From Giardia intestinalis (Eukaryota): a stretch of 64,000 nt of DNA. The notes below the pieces were generated by a model that was not told where the DNA came from, did not search any database, and saw nothing but the letters and a program-made list of their open reading frames with translations. Below are positions 1 to 8,644 of the stretch, piece by piece. The stretch is from assembly GCA_000002435.2 (NCBI GenBank), contig CM018790.1; one strand, 5' to 3'. A program made the translations under genes and the position numbers. Positions within the stretch are counted from its first letter, which is position 1, and every line of letters begins with the position of its first letter.

Positions 1-9
1 GACATAGCC

Positions 10-1461
10 ATGCACCTTCTGTGTGAAGCCAATTTACTAAGAAAAGGCGGCCTTACTGCACTCATGACAGGGGCCATGCAAGATCTTGACGAAGTCGTCG
101 AGTTTCTTGCTCCATATCTACGAGACAAACGATCTCATGAGGGATATACTGCTCTCATGCTGGCCGCTCGACATGGCAACGCGAAAAGCGTAAAGATCTT
201 AATTAAAAAGACTGGCGAGTTGGGACTACAGGACAAACAGGGTAGATCAGCGCTAATGCTAGCCGCACACCACGGATCCAAGGACTGTGTAGAGCTCCTC
301 CTTAAGGGGGAAGGCCACCTCGTTGACTATAAAAATCGCAGAGCCTCAGCCTATACCACGAATGATGATCTGAGGCTTCTGTTGGGACTATTCAACAGGG
401 GGGATGTAGATACAGAGGGCCTAACGACTCTCATGCATGCAGCCAGGCTTACGCGCCCTGAGGTAGTTGAGCAGCTCATCAGCACACAACTAAAAGCACA
501 GGATTCCATTGGACGCACAGCTCTTATGTACGCATGCCTTTGTGGGCATGAGAGTTCGGCAGAAATGGTCCCCGTAGTCTCTATGCTGTCTGCAGAAGCA
601 GGATTATGTGACTCTCGTGGGCGTTCTGCGCTCTTCTACCTTATAGATAACCCCCACGTGCACGGCCTTACTGGAGAAGCAAGAGCCAATATCTCAAGCA
701 TACTACTGCTCCTAAGCTCTGAGCTCTCGTTGGTTGGGCCAAAGGGATTAAGGCCTCTCGATTATGCAATCACGCAGGAGAAGTATGGGGTAGGGGCTCT
801 CATCTATAACTCAGCTATGGCACTTCATACTGGAAATCTTGTCTCAATCCGGGCAATAATAGTATCAATGTTAAACACCCTTGCTTGCGGGGTAGATGAA
901 GAATACGAGGATAGCCCTATGAGGGAAGACGCAAGGGCACTGACAGACTTTATATCTTCTTCCTTTTGTGACGACGGGCCCTTTCTTGCAGAAGAGCTTG
1001 CCGATCAGATGGAGAGCATATGCAGAGATACAGAGCTGCCAGGATGTTGCATATGCCTGGAGCAAGAAGCTGAGGAGGTTATGGTGCCTTGCGGACACTT
1101 GACCTGTTGTAAGAGCTGCTTATCGAAGGTTCATAAGGTATGTCCAGTTTGTAGAGCCCCTGTTCAAACTACAATTGCTCCTCTCTTTCGGGAAGAAACA
1201 CAGCATAGTAAGGATTTGGGTGAATCTAGGCGCATGCCGCCGCGGTCTACAGTCATGTCAACATTGTCGCTTATTGCCCAAGAACCTCACCTTCAGGGCT
1301 CAGAACCACTTTCTCGGACATCTTCCCCATCCAGCGTCAGTAGTACGCGCTATAACTTAACCACAGGCTCACAGAGTCTACGCCTAGAAGTGGACTCCGA
1401 GATGGAACTGTCCGACTCCACTACTCGTTCTGAGTCGCCCTCAGTCGGCTGGCCTGCGTGA
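10..1461 (+). CDS. Ankyrin-repeat protein (Protein 21.1-like) with a C-terminal C3HC4 RING finger; possibly 5'-truncated by the window edge
   Basis: Repeated ...GxTALMxAA... ankyrin units. The C-terminus reads CCICLEQEAEEVMVPCGHLTCCKSCLSKVHKVCPVCR, which fits C-x2-C-x11-C-x-H-x3-C-x2-C-x7-C-x2-C (an IAP/MIB-type RING), followed by a Ser-rich tail. The frame is open back to nt 1, so the true start may lie upstream. Confidence 0.6.
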   Translation: MHLLCEANLLRKGGLTALMTGAMQDLDEVVEFLAPYLRDKRSHEGYTALMLAARHGNAKSVKILIKKTGELGLQDKQGRSALMLAAHHGSKDCVELLLKGEGHLVDYKNRRASAYTTNDDLRLLLGLFNRGDVDTEGLTTLMHAARLTRPEVVEQLISTQLKAQDSIGRTALMYACLCGHESSAEMVPVVSMLSAEAGLCDSRGRSALFYLIDNPHVHGLTGEARANISSILLLLSSELSLVGPKGLRPLDYAITQEKYGVGALIYNSAMALHTGNLVSIRAIIVSMLNTLACGVDEEYEDSPMREDARALTDFISSSFCDDGPFLAEELADQMESICRDTELPGCCICLEQEAEEVMVPCGHLTCCKSCLSKVHKVCPVCRAPVQTTIAPLFREETQHSKDLGESRRMPPRSTVMSTLSLIAQEPHLQGSEPLSRTSSPSSVSSTRYNLTTGSQSLRLEVDSEMELSDSTTRSESPSVGWPA

Positions 1462-1570
1462 CTACAAGGTTTCAACTGACATTGCGTTTAAGATTATAGG
1501 TAAGCAGCAAAATTTGAGAAAGGCGCAAAATTTTCATTTTTTGGGAAGATTAAAATCAAATTGGCACGAG

Positions 1571-3691
1571 ATGTCGAGCATCGAGCTTCCCGAAGGCTAC
1601 CGCTTCCAGACGACTTTGGCGGCAGGAGAGTACAGCATGCTCTTCCTGGCCATGGGAAACGACTACCAGGAGGTCGCTATCAAGAGCTTTGATTGCACGC
1701 AGATGGACGATGCACAAGTCTCGGAAATTCACCGCCAGGCCCTACTCCTGAAGTCCGTTAACCATCCGCTGGTACTCAAGGTATATGACGTCCAGATGAA
1801 CATTACGCGCACGCGCCTGCACGTGATCATGGAGCCCTTCTTCAAGACGCTTCAGAACCTCATCGACGAGTGTGAGAAGGCAGATCGCTCGCTCCTCAAC
1901 AACATCGTCTGCCAGGTGGCCTACCAGGTCATCAAGGGGCTCCACTATCTCTCCACCACCAACCATGTCGCGGTCAACGAGCAGGGACAGGAGTTCTCGC
2001 AGGACAAGATCTTCCACTCGTTTATCACACCGAACGACATTGTGTTCAACACCTCCGGAGTTGTGAAGCTTATGAACATCTTCCCCCTGGAGCATAGGAT
2101 GCTCTATGAAAAGGGCGACGCCAGCTTCCCGGGGCTCGCCTATGCGTCGCCTGAGTTTCTCAACAGGGAATACACCGAGTGCCCTGCCGATGTGTGGTCT
2201 GCGGGCGCGTGCATTTTCGCCATGGCTATGCGCAGGCCCCCGTTCAACTCTACCAACGTGGAGTCCCTAAGGGTGGAGGTCGAAGAAGGAAAGAAGGATG
2301 GCCTCGATATCAGCTTCAGCCGCGAGCTTGATGACATGCTCCAGCGCATGATGACGCCGGACCAGGGCTACAGGCCCACTGCCGGCGATCTCCTCAACGA
2401 CCCCTCAATCACCGAGGCGGCGTACGAGATCGAAGCGGGCGGCCTGCAAAACCCGTGGATGGCAATCGGCTTCTCCAGGCCGATCTCTCAGGCAGTGGCC
2501 CCTGTGTCCAACGACTCCCCGGTCCTCGCCCTGGATCCGAACAATGTGTACCCGATTGCCTTCGATGACAACAACCCATGGGAGAGGTACTGGCTTAACG
2601 CTCCTCGTCCAGATGCGACAGTCGACGCAGCCTCCTACACCAGGGGCACTATCGGCGAGGAAGTGGTTGCAAGGGTCCCGACACCACCGCCCGAGATGGA
2701 TATGTATGCCACGATGGATGATGCCTACAAGGGTGCCAACGATGAGTCCGCCTACTACGCCCCTGATAGCTATTATGGCAGTGCCCCTGCAGAGAGCGTC
2801 ATGGACGTCGCGCAAGTTGTGCGGGTGGAGACGCCTCCTCCAGAGCCTGATGCCTATGCTGACGCGGGCGCTCAGGGCAATGACTATAAGGTGGACGATG
2901 AGGCAGCGGCCTACGCACTCACCAGCTACTACGGTGATGCGCCTGCGGACAGCATCATGCTTACCGATGATGAGGTAGTCCACAGGATTCCCACACCACT
3001 GCCAGAAGGGGTGGCAGAGGTAGTTGTAAAGAGGAGCGCACCAGCCCCGGTCCCAACCCCAGCCCCGCTCATGGAAACGGCACCTGAGTCCAAGACTGTC
3101 ACTGCTCTTATGAACGCGGTTCGAACGGGCAAAAACGATGTTGTGCAGAGGCTCGTCGGAGAGCACTCCGGAGACATCGGATGGAAGACGCCCAACGAGA
3201 AGAAGACCGCCCTCATGGTCGCTGCGGATCTTGGGAACGCCGAGGCTGTCGAGTTGCTGGCGCCATGTGAGTGTGGTGAGGTAGACTCGGATGGCTGGCG
3301 AGCGATCGATTACGCCGCCCAAAACGGTAATGTCAGGGCCGTCAACGCTCTTCTTCAGTACGAGGGAGACATGCCTATCGTGCGCAAGGACGGATGCACG
3401 CCGCTCTTCCAGGCGGTGTTCTGGAACAAGCCGGACTGTGTGAGGGCACTCGCTCCTAAGTACGCCGGCGCAACGACGACAAGCCACTACTGGCAGGGGG
3501 AGGGCTTTACGGCCCTCATGGAGGCGGCTAAGTGCTGCCGCGTCGAGTGCGTTGAGATTCTGGCGCCCTATGAAGCGAAGATGACGGACAAAAAGGGTCA
3601 TACAGCACTCTACCACTGTGAGCACGCGTGGGACCATATTCTCGATGACGCCAAGAAGGAGGAATGCATCAGGATCCTCGAGAGGGCCTAG
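1571..3691 (+). CDS. NEK-like protein kinase-fold (predicted pseudokinase) fused to C-terminal ankyrin repeats
   Basis: The track ORF begins at TTG 1514; the first ATG is 1571 (MSSIELPEGYRF...) and has an A/T-rich leader. Kinase fold markers VAIK, ASPEF and DVWSAG are present. The catalytic loop reads HSFITPND rather than HRDLKPxN, and there is no DFG (LMNIFP). A Pro/Ala/Tyr-rich linker follows, then about 5 ankyrin repeats. Confidence 0.7.
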   Translation: MSSIELPEGYRFQTTLAAGEYSMLFLAMGNDYQEVAIKSFDCTQMDDAQVSEIHRQALLLKSVNHPLVLKVYDVQMNITRTRLHVIMEPFFKTLQNLIDECEKADRSLLNNIVCQVAYQVIKGLHYLSTTNHVAVNEQGQEFSQDKIFHSFITPNDIVFNTSGVVKLMNIFPLEHRMLYEKGDASFPGLAYASPEFLNREYTECPADVWSAGACIFAMAMRRPPFNSTNVESLRVEVEEGKKDGLDISFSRELDDMLQRMMTPDQGYRPTAGDLLNDPSITEAAYEIEAGGLQNPWMAIGFSRPISQAVAPVSNDSPVLALDPNNVYPIAFDDNNPWERYWLNAPRPDATVDAASYTRGTIGEEVVARVPTPPPEMDMYATMDDAYKGANDESAYYAPDSYYGSAPAESVMDVAQVVRVETPPPEPDAYADAGAQGNDYKVDDEAAAYALTSYYGDAPADSIMLTDDEVVHRIPTPLPEGVAEVVVKRSAPAPVPTPAPLMETAPESKTVTALMNAVRTGKNDVVQRLVGEHSGDIGWKTPNEKKTALMVAADLGNAEAVELLAPCECGEVDSDGWRAIDYAAQNGNVRAVNALLQYEGDMPIVRKDGCTPLFQAVFWNKPDCVRALAPKYAGATTTSHYWQGEGFTALMEAAKCCRVECVEILAPYEAKMTDKKGHTALYHCEHAWDHILDDAKKEECIRILERA

Positions 3692-3765
3692 GAGCTCTAG
3701 ACTCCCGGAGAGTAAAGCGCCTGCGTGGCTTTGTTAAAATTCACAAATTACAGAAAAAAGTGAGG

Positions 3766-4521
3766 ATGGACCCCATGGAGGTTGAGGTTATCCGTACGCC
3801 GTCCGACTCAGACATAGCTGGTTCCGGGGGGCCCGCGACTGCGGTGCCCATGAGCAGGGCCGCTCCAGCGCCCCAGGCCACAGGGGAAGATCCTCAGACG
3901 CTCCCGAGGCTGACCACGCTTGTCAACCCTGACGAAGGGGTGACGGAGCTCATGGTTGCTGCTCGCCGCGGAGACGAAGAGACCGTCATGGCACTCTTGG
4001 ACGAGCAGGCATGCCAGGTCGATGCACGAGGGCGTACAGCACTCATGTATGCCGCCGAGATGGGCAGATCATCCATTGTGGAGCTGCTTAAGGACCGCGA
4101 GGCAGGCATCCAGGACTCGTTTCTGTGGACGGCGCTCTTCTATGCGGCGCAAAACGGGCACCTCGTCTGCGTCTCCATGCTTGCACCTCTTGAAGCAAAG
4201 ATACAGCGCAAAGATGGCTGCACTGCCCTCTTCCTAGCAGTCTTTTGGAACCACATCGAGTGCGCCCGCATCCTCGCTCCTCTAGAGGCGGGGATCACAA
4301 CAAACTACAAACACTGGCAGGGCGGAGAGTACACGGCCCTCATGGAAGCAGCGAGGTGGGCCCGTTTGGAATGCATTGAACTTCTTGTCGAGCAGGAGCA
4401 CGGTATGAAGGACGCGTCTGGAAATAGGGCAATTGACTACGCCCGTGCTCCCTACGCACACGTCCCGGAAGATCGCAAAGAGCAGTCCATACAGCTTCTT
4501 GAGCAGTATGAGCGCGACTAG
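3766..4521 (+). CDS. Short ankyrin-repeat protein (Protein 21.1-like), a kinase-less paralogue of its neighbours
   Basis: ATG 3664 would overlap the upstream gene, so I chose ATG 3766 (MDPMEVEV...), which follows an A/T-rich tract. The ankyrin repeats and C-terminal module (FWN...HWQGGEYTALMEAARW...) are near-identical in pattern to the C-termini of genes 1571-3691, 4642-6189 and 6266-8599. Confidence 0.6.
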   Translation: MDPMEVEVIRTPSDSDIAGSGGPATAVPMSRAAPAPQATGEDPQTLPRLTTLVNPDEGVTELMVAARRGDEETVMALLDEQACQVDARGRTALMYAAEMGRSSIVELLKDREAGIQDSFLWTALFYAAQNGHLVCVSMLAPLEAKIQRKDGCTALFLAVFWNHIECARILAPLEAGITTNYKHWQGGEYTALMEAARWARLECIELLVEQEHGMKDASGNRAIDYARAPYAHVPEDRKEQSIQLLEQYERD

Positions 4522-4641
4522 ATCGCTGCCGGCGCATTCTCTAGCATCCCCTGCCGCTGAGTGAACATCTGTGACCACAGTAAAGCGAATTTAAAATGGA
4601 ATTTGGGGTTTTTGGTCAAACCGCTTAAAGCGGGCAATAAA

Positions 4642-6189
4642 ATGGACGGCCAGGCCTTTGCCATGGACTACCAGCCCGTTGCGGACATCTACTCCACCGG
4701 CGTGCACGAGATTGCCTCTGCACGCTCGACCAGGGATCCTAGCTCGAACATCGCTCTCTTCACCTGCTCCTATGGCGGGTTTGACGAGTCGGACCGAGCT
4801 ACCCTCAGGAGGCGCACGGGCGAGTACTGCGAGTTCAACAACTCGTCGACCGCTGTCCAGCCGGATCTTCTTAGCCCTTATCTGGCGCGTCTGTCCCACT
4901 ACTTCAACGACGATGCGTCTGCCCTCCTGACCATGGGTCTTCCTTACGGAGTTAACACCCTCTACGACGTGATGATGGCGAAGGCTCAGTCATACAGCAA
5001 CTTCACCGAGGAGGAGGTCTGGCGCGTGGTTGCGGCCCTCTGTGATGCCGCGCGCTTCATGCACAGCGAGGAGAAACCCGACACAGAACTGGAGGAGTTT
5101 GCGCACCTTGGCATCCACCCTGCCAACATCTTCCTGTACGCTGACGGCGCCCGTATCAGGCTTGGGTACCCGTACATCTGCCCCACAATGAGTTTCAAGA
5201 ACCCAGGCAATTACAGGGCCTTCCAGCAGCTCGGCGAGGCGCACTTCATGGCGCCGGAGTTCATCGAGGCTGGCGCCAAGGGCTCGTGTCCTTGTGACAT
5301 ATTCTCTATCGGTATGGTTGGGTATGCCATGATGACAAACTCGACTGCCTGGAGCGCGAGCAATATCAACGATCTGCAGGGAGAGGTGTACACTCGCGGG
5401 GCCATCAGCCTGCCATACGACGGCCGATACAGCCAGGACCTCGTTGATCTCATCAACTCTATGCTTTCCTTCGACTCGTCTGCCCGCCCCAAGGCAGAGC
5501 AGCTCTGTGCAAGCGGAAAGATTGCGCAGTGCATCGCGGAGAACGGAGACGCTCCCACGATGGCTCCTCCGAAGATGACCCGCGATATCGTCCAGCCACC
5601 CAGCGGGCTCACAGACCTCATGATCGCTGCCAGAGACGGCGACCTCAGTGGCGTCAGGAACAACCTCCACCAGGCAGGGTCCACAGACCAGTGCGGCCGC
5701 ACCGCTCTCATGTACGCGGCAGAGCACGGGTACGCCGATTGTGTCCGCGCGATCGTCTCTGACGCAATGGGCCACGGCGAGGTTCGCCTCCAGGACAAGT
5801 ACATGTGGACTGCAACCATGTATGCTGCCCAGAACGGACACGCCGATTGCGTCTCGCTTCTCCACGAGGAGTTCGGGATGCAGCGTCGCGACGGTGCCAC
5901 GGCGCTCTTCACTGCCGTCTTCTGGAACCGTTGCGAGTGCGTCAAGGTGCTCGCCCCGACTGAGGCCATCATCTCCACCAACGACAGGTACTGGCAGGGC
6001 GAGCGCTACACGGCTGCAATGGAGGCCGCAAGGTGGGGACGTCCCGAGTGTCTCCAGGAGCTTCTTGGGTACATCGACAAGTACACTACCGATAATAATG
6101 GGAACGATGTGGCGTACTATGCCATGCACCCATGGGAGCACGTGTCTGCAGATAAGAGCAGCAGAGTGCGTGAGGTCCTGAACCTGTAA
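4642..6189 (+). CDS. NEK-like degenerate kinase domain (pseudokinase) plus C-terminal ankyrin repeats
   Basis: The track start 4561 is GTG; the first ATG is 4642, preceded by an A/T-rich leader. Kinase-like remnants are HLGIHPANIF (catalytic loop with D replaced by G), FMAPEF (APE) and DIFSIGMVGY (DxWSxG). There is no VAIK lysine and no DFG. The C-terminal ankyrin module matches those of the neighbouring genes. Confidence 0.65.
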   Translation: MDGQAFAMDYQPVADIYSTGVHEIASARSTRDPSSNIALFTCSYGGFDESDRATLRRRTGEYCEFNNSSTAVQPDLLSPYLARLSHYFNDDASALLTMGLPYGVNTLYDVMMAKAQSYSNFTEEEVWRVVAALCDAARFMHSEEKPDTELEEFAHLGIHPANIFLYADGARIRLGYPYICPTMSFKNPGNYRAFQQLGEAHFMAPEFIEAGAKGSCPCDIFSIGMVGYAMMTNSTAWSASNINDLQGEVYTRGAISLPYDGRYSQDLVDLINSMLSFDSSARPKAEQLCASGKIAQCIAENGDAPTMAPPKMTRDIVQPPSGLTDLMIAARDGDLSGVRNNLHQAGSTDQCGRTALMYAAEHGYADCVRAIVSDAMGHGEVRLQDKYMWTATMYAAQNGHADCVSLLHEEFGMQRRDGATALFTAVFWNRCECVKVLAPTEAIISTNDRYWQGERYTAAMEAARWGRPECLQELLGYIDKYTTDNNGNDVAYYAMHPWEHVSADKSSRVREVLNL

Positions 6190-6203
6190 CGTGTCGACTC
6201 GTT

Positions 6204-6210
6204 AGTAAAT
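6204..6210 (+). promoter_or_regulatory. AGTAAAT polyadenylation signal (AGTRAAY) for gene 4642-6189
   Basis: 15 nt after the TAA stop. Confidence 0.45.
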
Positions 6211-6265
6211 CAATCTAAGCTTTACTGCGCAGTTAAAAAAGGCGGACTTTTTTAAAAAGAAATTA

Positions 6266-8599
6266 ATGGCTGCGGTTCAACTCCCTGCCCCCTACGTCTG
6301 GACAGCAGATATATGTAGGACGACCCTTGGATGCATTTGTCAGGCAATGGACACGAGTAACAACACCGAGGTGACGGTCAAGGTTGTGAATTACTCACAA
6401 CTCTCCCAGGAGGAGGCGAACGCCCTGGCCCACGAGGCGCGCGCCCTTTTATACCTCAATCACGATCACGTTGTCAAGACATATAACACAATCATAGCTC
6501 CCGAGACTTACACAATATACATTATCATGGAGCCGTGTCTAGGAACTTTGGGGACGGCAATACAGGTCATGAGCGCATACGGCCAGCAGATTCCCGAGGA
6601 GCACATCTGGTACATCGCTGCCGAGGTCGGGTCTGCTCTTAAGTATCTCCACGAGCCACATGAGAAGATGATGATTGACTGGTACTCTGCTGAAATCCCT
6701 ATAGGGCCTGTCGTTCATGGGTATCTCACGCCTTCCGACATCTTTATTTCTCGCGATGGAAAGTGCAAGGTTGGTGGAATAAGCCCGACGCAGTCGGCAT
6801 GGGAGATCCGCTCGGGCAACGCTGACCTGGGCAGACTTTTCCTCCAAGCCCCAGAGATCTTAGATATGCAGCCGAATATCACAGAGAAGGTCGATATCTG
6901 GTCGTTGGGGACGACTCTCTTCTTTATCGCTGCCTTTCAATCAGTTTGGATCTCCAGTGACTACGCTAGTATAGTCGCTGAGATAAAACACGGGAAGATC
7001 CAGCGCCTCCCCGATAGGTATTCCTGCGAGCTTGACGGCTTTATAGCTCGGTGTTTGCAGGTGGATCCGATGTACCGTCCATCCATTTTGGAGCTGCTTT
7101 TGGAGCCCCAGATCAACGACGTCATGCGTTCAGTGTGCGAGGGGTCTGTTCCGTCTATGCGCTATCTCCTTGGGCTATCTGAGGAGTCCGAGTCTCAGCC
7201 GCCCTCTATGCAGCCTGAGGAGCCAGCGGCACCTGCTGCGCCAATCCAAGAGCAGCCCGAAGAGCAACCTCAGAGAGACCCGATGCAGGTGGAGCGCATC
7301 TCTACACCCATGTCTGGGTCGCTCACCGCTGAGCCCAGGGCCCCTGAAAATCTTGAGCTGCCTCCTTTGCCGACAGACACTCCGACAGTTTCTACTCTTG
7401 AACCTTCCGAAATGGCTGTTTATGCACCTTCCGAGACTCGTACATTTGCCACTGAGCCGGCGACGTCTGACTTTGTAGATGCCGCTGAAAAGATTGTTAG
7501 CCTCATCGCTAAAGAGGCGTGTGCTCCCTCTGTTCCTGCGGAGGACATACGCGAGCCCGTCGACATGAATATCCTCCCAGCAAGCGTCACAGCGTCTATC
7601 CAGCCCGTTCCCGACCCCACTCCAGATGTTATAGCAGAGAAGATTGTCTCTGAAATCATTACTGCCGCCGATGATGATCTTTACAATAACACTGTGAGCG
7701 TTGTTGAAAGGCTGGAGGAGCCGGAGGACTCTGACGTGGGTGTAGTCTGTACAGCACTGCAGGATCCATCTCTCGTTGAGTCTGTGAAGAGACTTGAAGA
7801 GCCTGCTGTTGAGTACGATGTTCCTGTTGAGCCGGTCTACGCCACCGCTCCAAGCGCCTTTGCCAAGCCAGACACAGGCGTGGCCGAGGTCCTGAAGGAG
7901 GAGGAACCTGCCGTTGAAGCCAACACGTATGAGGCAGAGCCCGTTCTTGCTGCACCCATCCAGCCTGACGTGTATGCCAATAAGACCTTTGACTCCTCAG
8001 TTGTGCGCCCTGTAGAGGGTGTAACCCAGCTAATGCTTTGCGTTGAGAGAGGCGATCTTGAGGGTGCCAAGTATTATATCAATGAGGCAAGGTCCTCTGA
8101 CTCCTTCGGAAAGACTGCTCTGATGCGTGCCGCTGAACTTGGCAATTCGGAGCTAGTCGAGCTTCTTGTCGGATACGAGGCTTGCCTGCAGGACATTGAC
8201 GGATGGACTGCGCTCATGTTTGCCGTCCACAGCCGTAATACAGAGTGTGTTCGTCTCCTTGAGCCTCGTGAGCACGGGATGAGGCTCGCCAACGGACAAA
8301 CTGCACTGATGATGGCCTCCTTCTGGAACAATTCCGATGCCGTCTCCATACTAGCTTCGAGGGAATCGCGCGCGAGAACGACGGAGAGGTACTTTGAAGG
8401 CGAGGGATTCACAGCGCTCATGGAGGCTGCAAGGTGGGGACGCCACGATATTGTGAAGCTGCTTCTTCCGCACGAGGGCGACATGCGTGATTCCAGCGGG
8501 AAGACCGCACTTGATCACGCCCGCATTTCTGCCCATTCAGTTAGTCAGGTTGACAGAGACGAGTGCATTGCCATTCTCAGTGGTTCATCCGCCTGTTGA
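6266..8599 (+). CDS. NEK-like pseudokinase, then an acidic Pro/Glu-rich linker, then C-terminal ankyrin repeats
   Basis: ATG 6266 follows ttttttaaaaagaaattaATG. The kinase fold shows VTVKVV (β3 Lys), APEIL and DIWSLG. The catalytic loop is VHGYLTPSD with no Asp, and DFG is replaced by KVGGIS. A long acidic, low-complexity linker leads into ankyrin repeats. An AGTGAAT polyA signal lies 3 nt after the stop. Confidence 0.7.
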   Translation: MAAVQLPAPYVWTADICRTTLGCICQAMDTSNNTEVTVKVVNYSQLSQEEANALAHEARALLYLNHDHVVKTYNTIIAPETYTIYIIMEPCLGTLGTAIQVMSAYGQQIPEEHIWYIAAEVGSALKYLHEPHEKMMIDWYSAEIPIGPVVHGYLTPSDIFISRDGKCKVGGISPTQSAWEIRSGNADLGRLFLQAPEILDMQPNITEKVDIWSLGTTLFFIAAFQSVWISSDYASIVAEIKHGKIQRLPDRYSCELDGFIARCLQVDPMYRPSILELLLEPQINDVMRSVCEGSVPSMRYLLGLSEESESQPPSMQPEEPAAPAAPIQEQPEEQPQRDPMQVERISTPMSGSLTAEPRAPENLELPPLPTDTPTVSTLEPSEMAVYAPSETRTFATEPATSDFVDAAEKIVSLIAKEACAPSVPAEDIREPVDMNILPASVTASIQPVPDPTPDVIAEKIVSEIITAADDDLYNNTVSVVERLEEPEDSDVGVVCTALQDPSLVESVKRLEEPAVEYDVPVEPVYATAPSAFAKPDTGVAEVLKEEEPAVEANTYEAEPVLAAPIQPDVYANKTFDSSVVRPVEGVTQLMLCVERGDLEGAKYYINEARSSDSFGKTALMRAAELGNSELVELLVGYEACLQDIDGWTALMFAVHSRNTECVRLLEPREHGMRLANGQTALMMASFWNNSDAVSILASRESRARTTERYFEGEGFTALMEAARWGRHDIVKLLLPHEGDMRDSSGKTALDHARISAHSVSQVDRDECIAILSGSSAC

Positions 8600-8601
8600 T
8601 T

Positions 8602-8608
8602 AGTGAAT
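8602..8608 (+). promoter_or_regulatory. AGTGAAT polyadenylation signal for gene 6266-8599
   Basis: 3 nt after the TGA stop. Confidence 0.45.
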
Positions 8609-8644
8609 TTGCGCTGAACTGTACTTGAACTAAACCTTTTAAAA

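Noticed and set aside
1138-1203. GTATGT … AACACAG segment resembling Giardia intron 5' and 3' consensus.
   Set aside because: It is 66 nt long (in frame), and removing it would delete the final CPVCR zinc-ligand pair of the RING finger. The sequence reads through as a complete C3HC4 RING, so it is not an intron.
1514-1570. TTG/GTG/CTG-initiated extensions supplied by the ORF track (also 4561, 38850, 38951, 40404, 57417).
   Set aside because: Giardia initiates at AUG with very short leaders. In each case the first downstream ATG has the expected A/T-rich context and aligns with homologue N-termini.
2405-3637. 410-aa antisense ORF inside the gene 1571-3691. Similar long antisense ORFs are 4990-6141 and 5211-5981 (antisense to gene 4642-6189) and 34379-35089 (antisense to the MORN gene).
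   Set aside because: GC-rich codon usage leaves the opposite strand stop-free. The translations are Arg/Val/Gly-rich with no motifs. The sense-strand genes have clear domain content.
3664-3765. Upstream in-frame ATG for gene 3766-4521.
   Set aside because: It would overlap the upstream gene by 28 nt and lacks the A/T-rich initiator context that is present at 3766.
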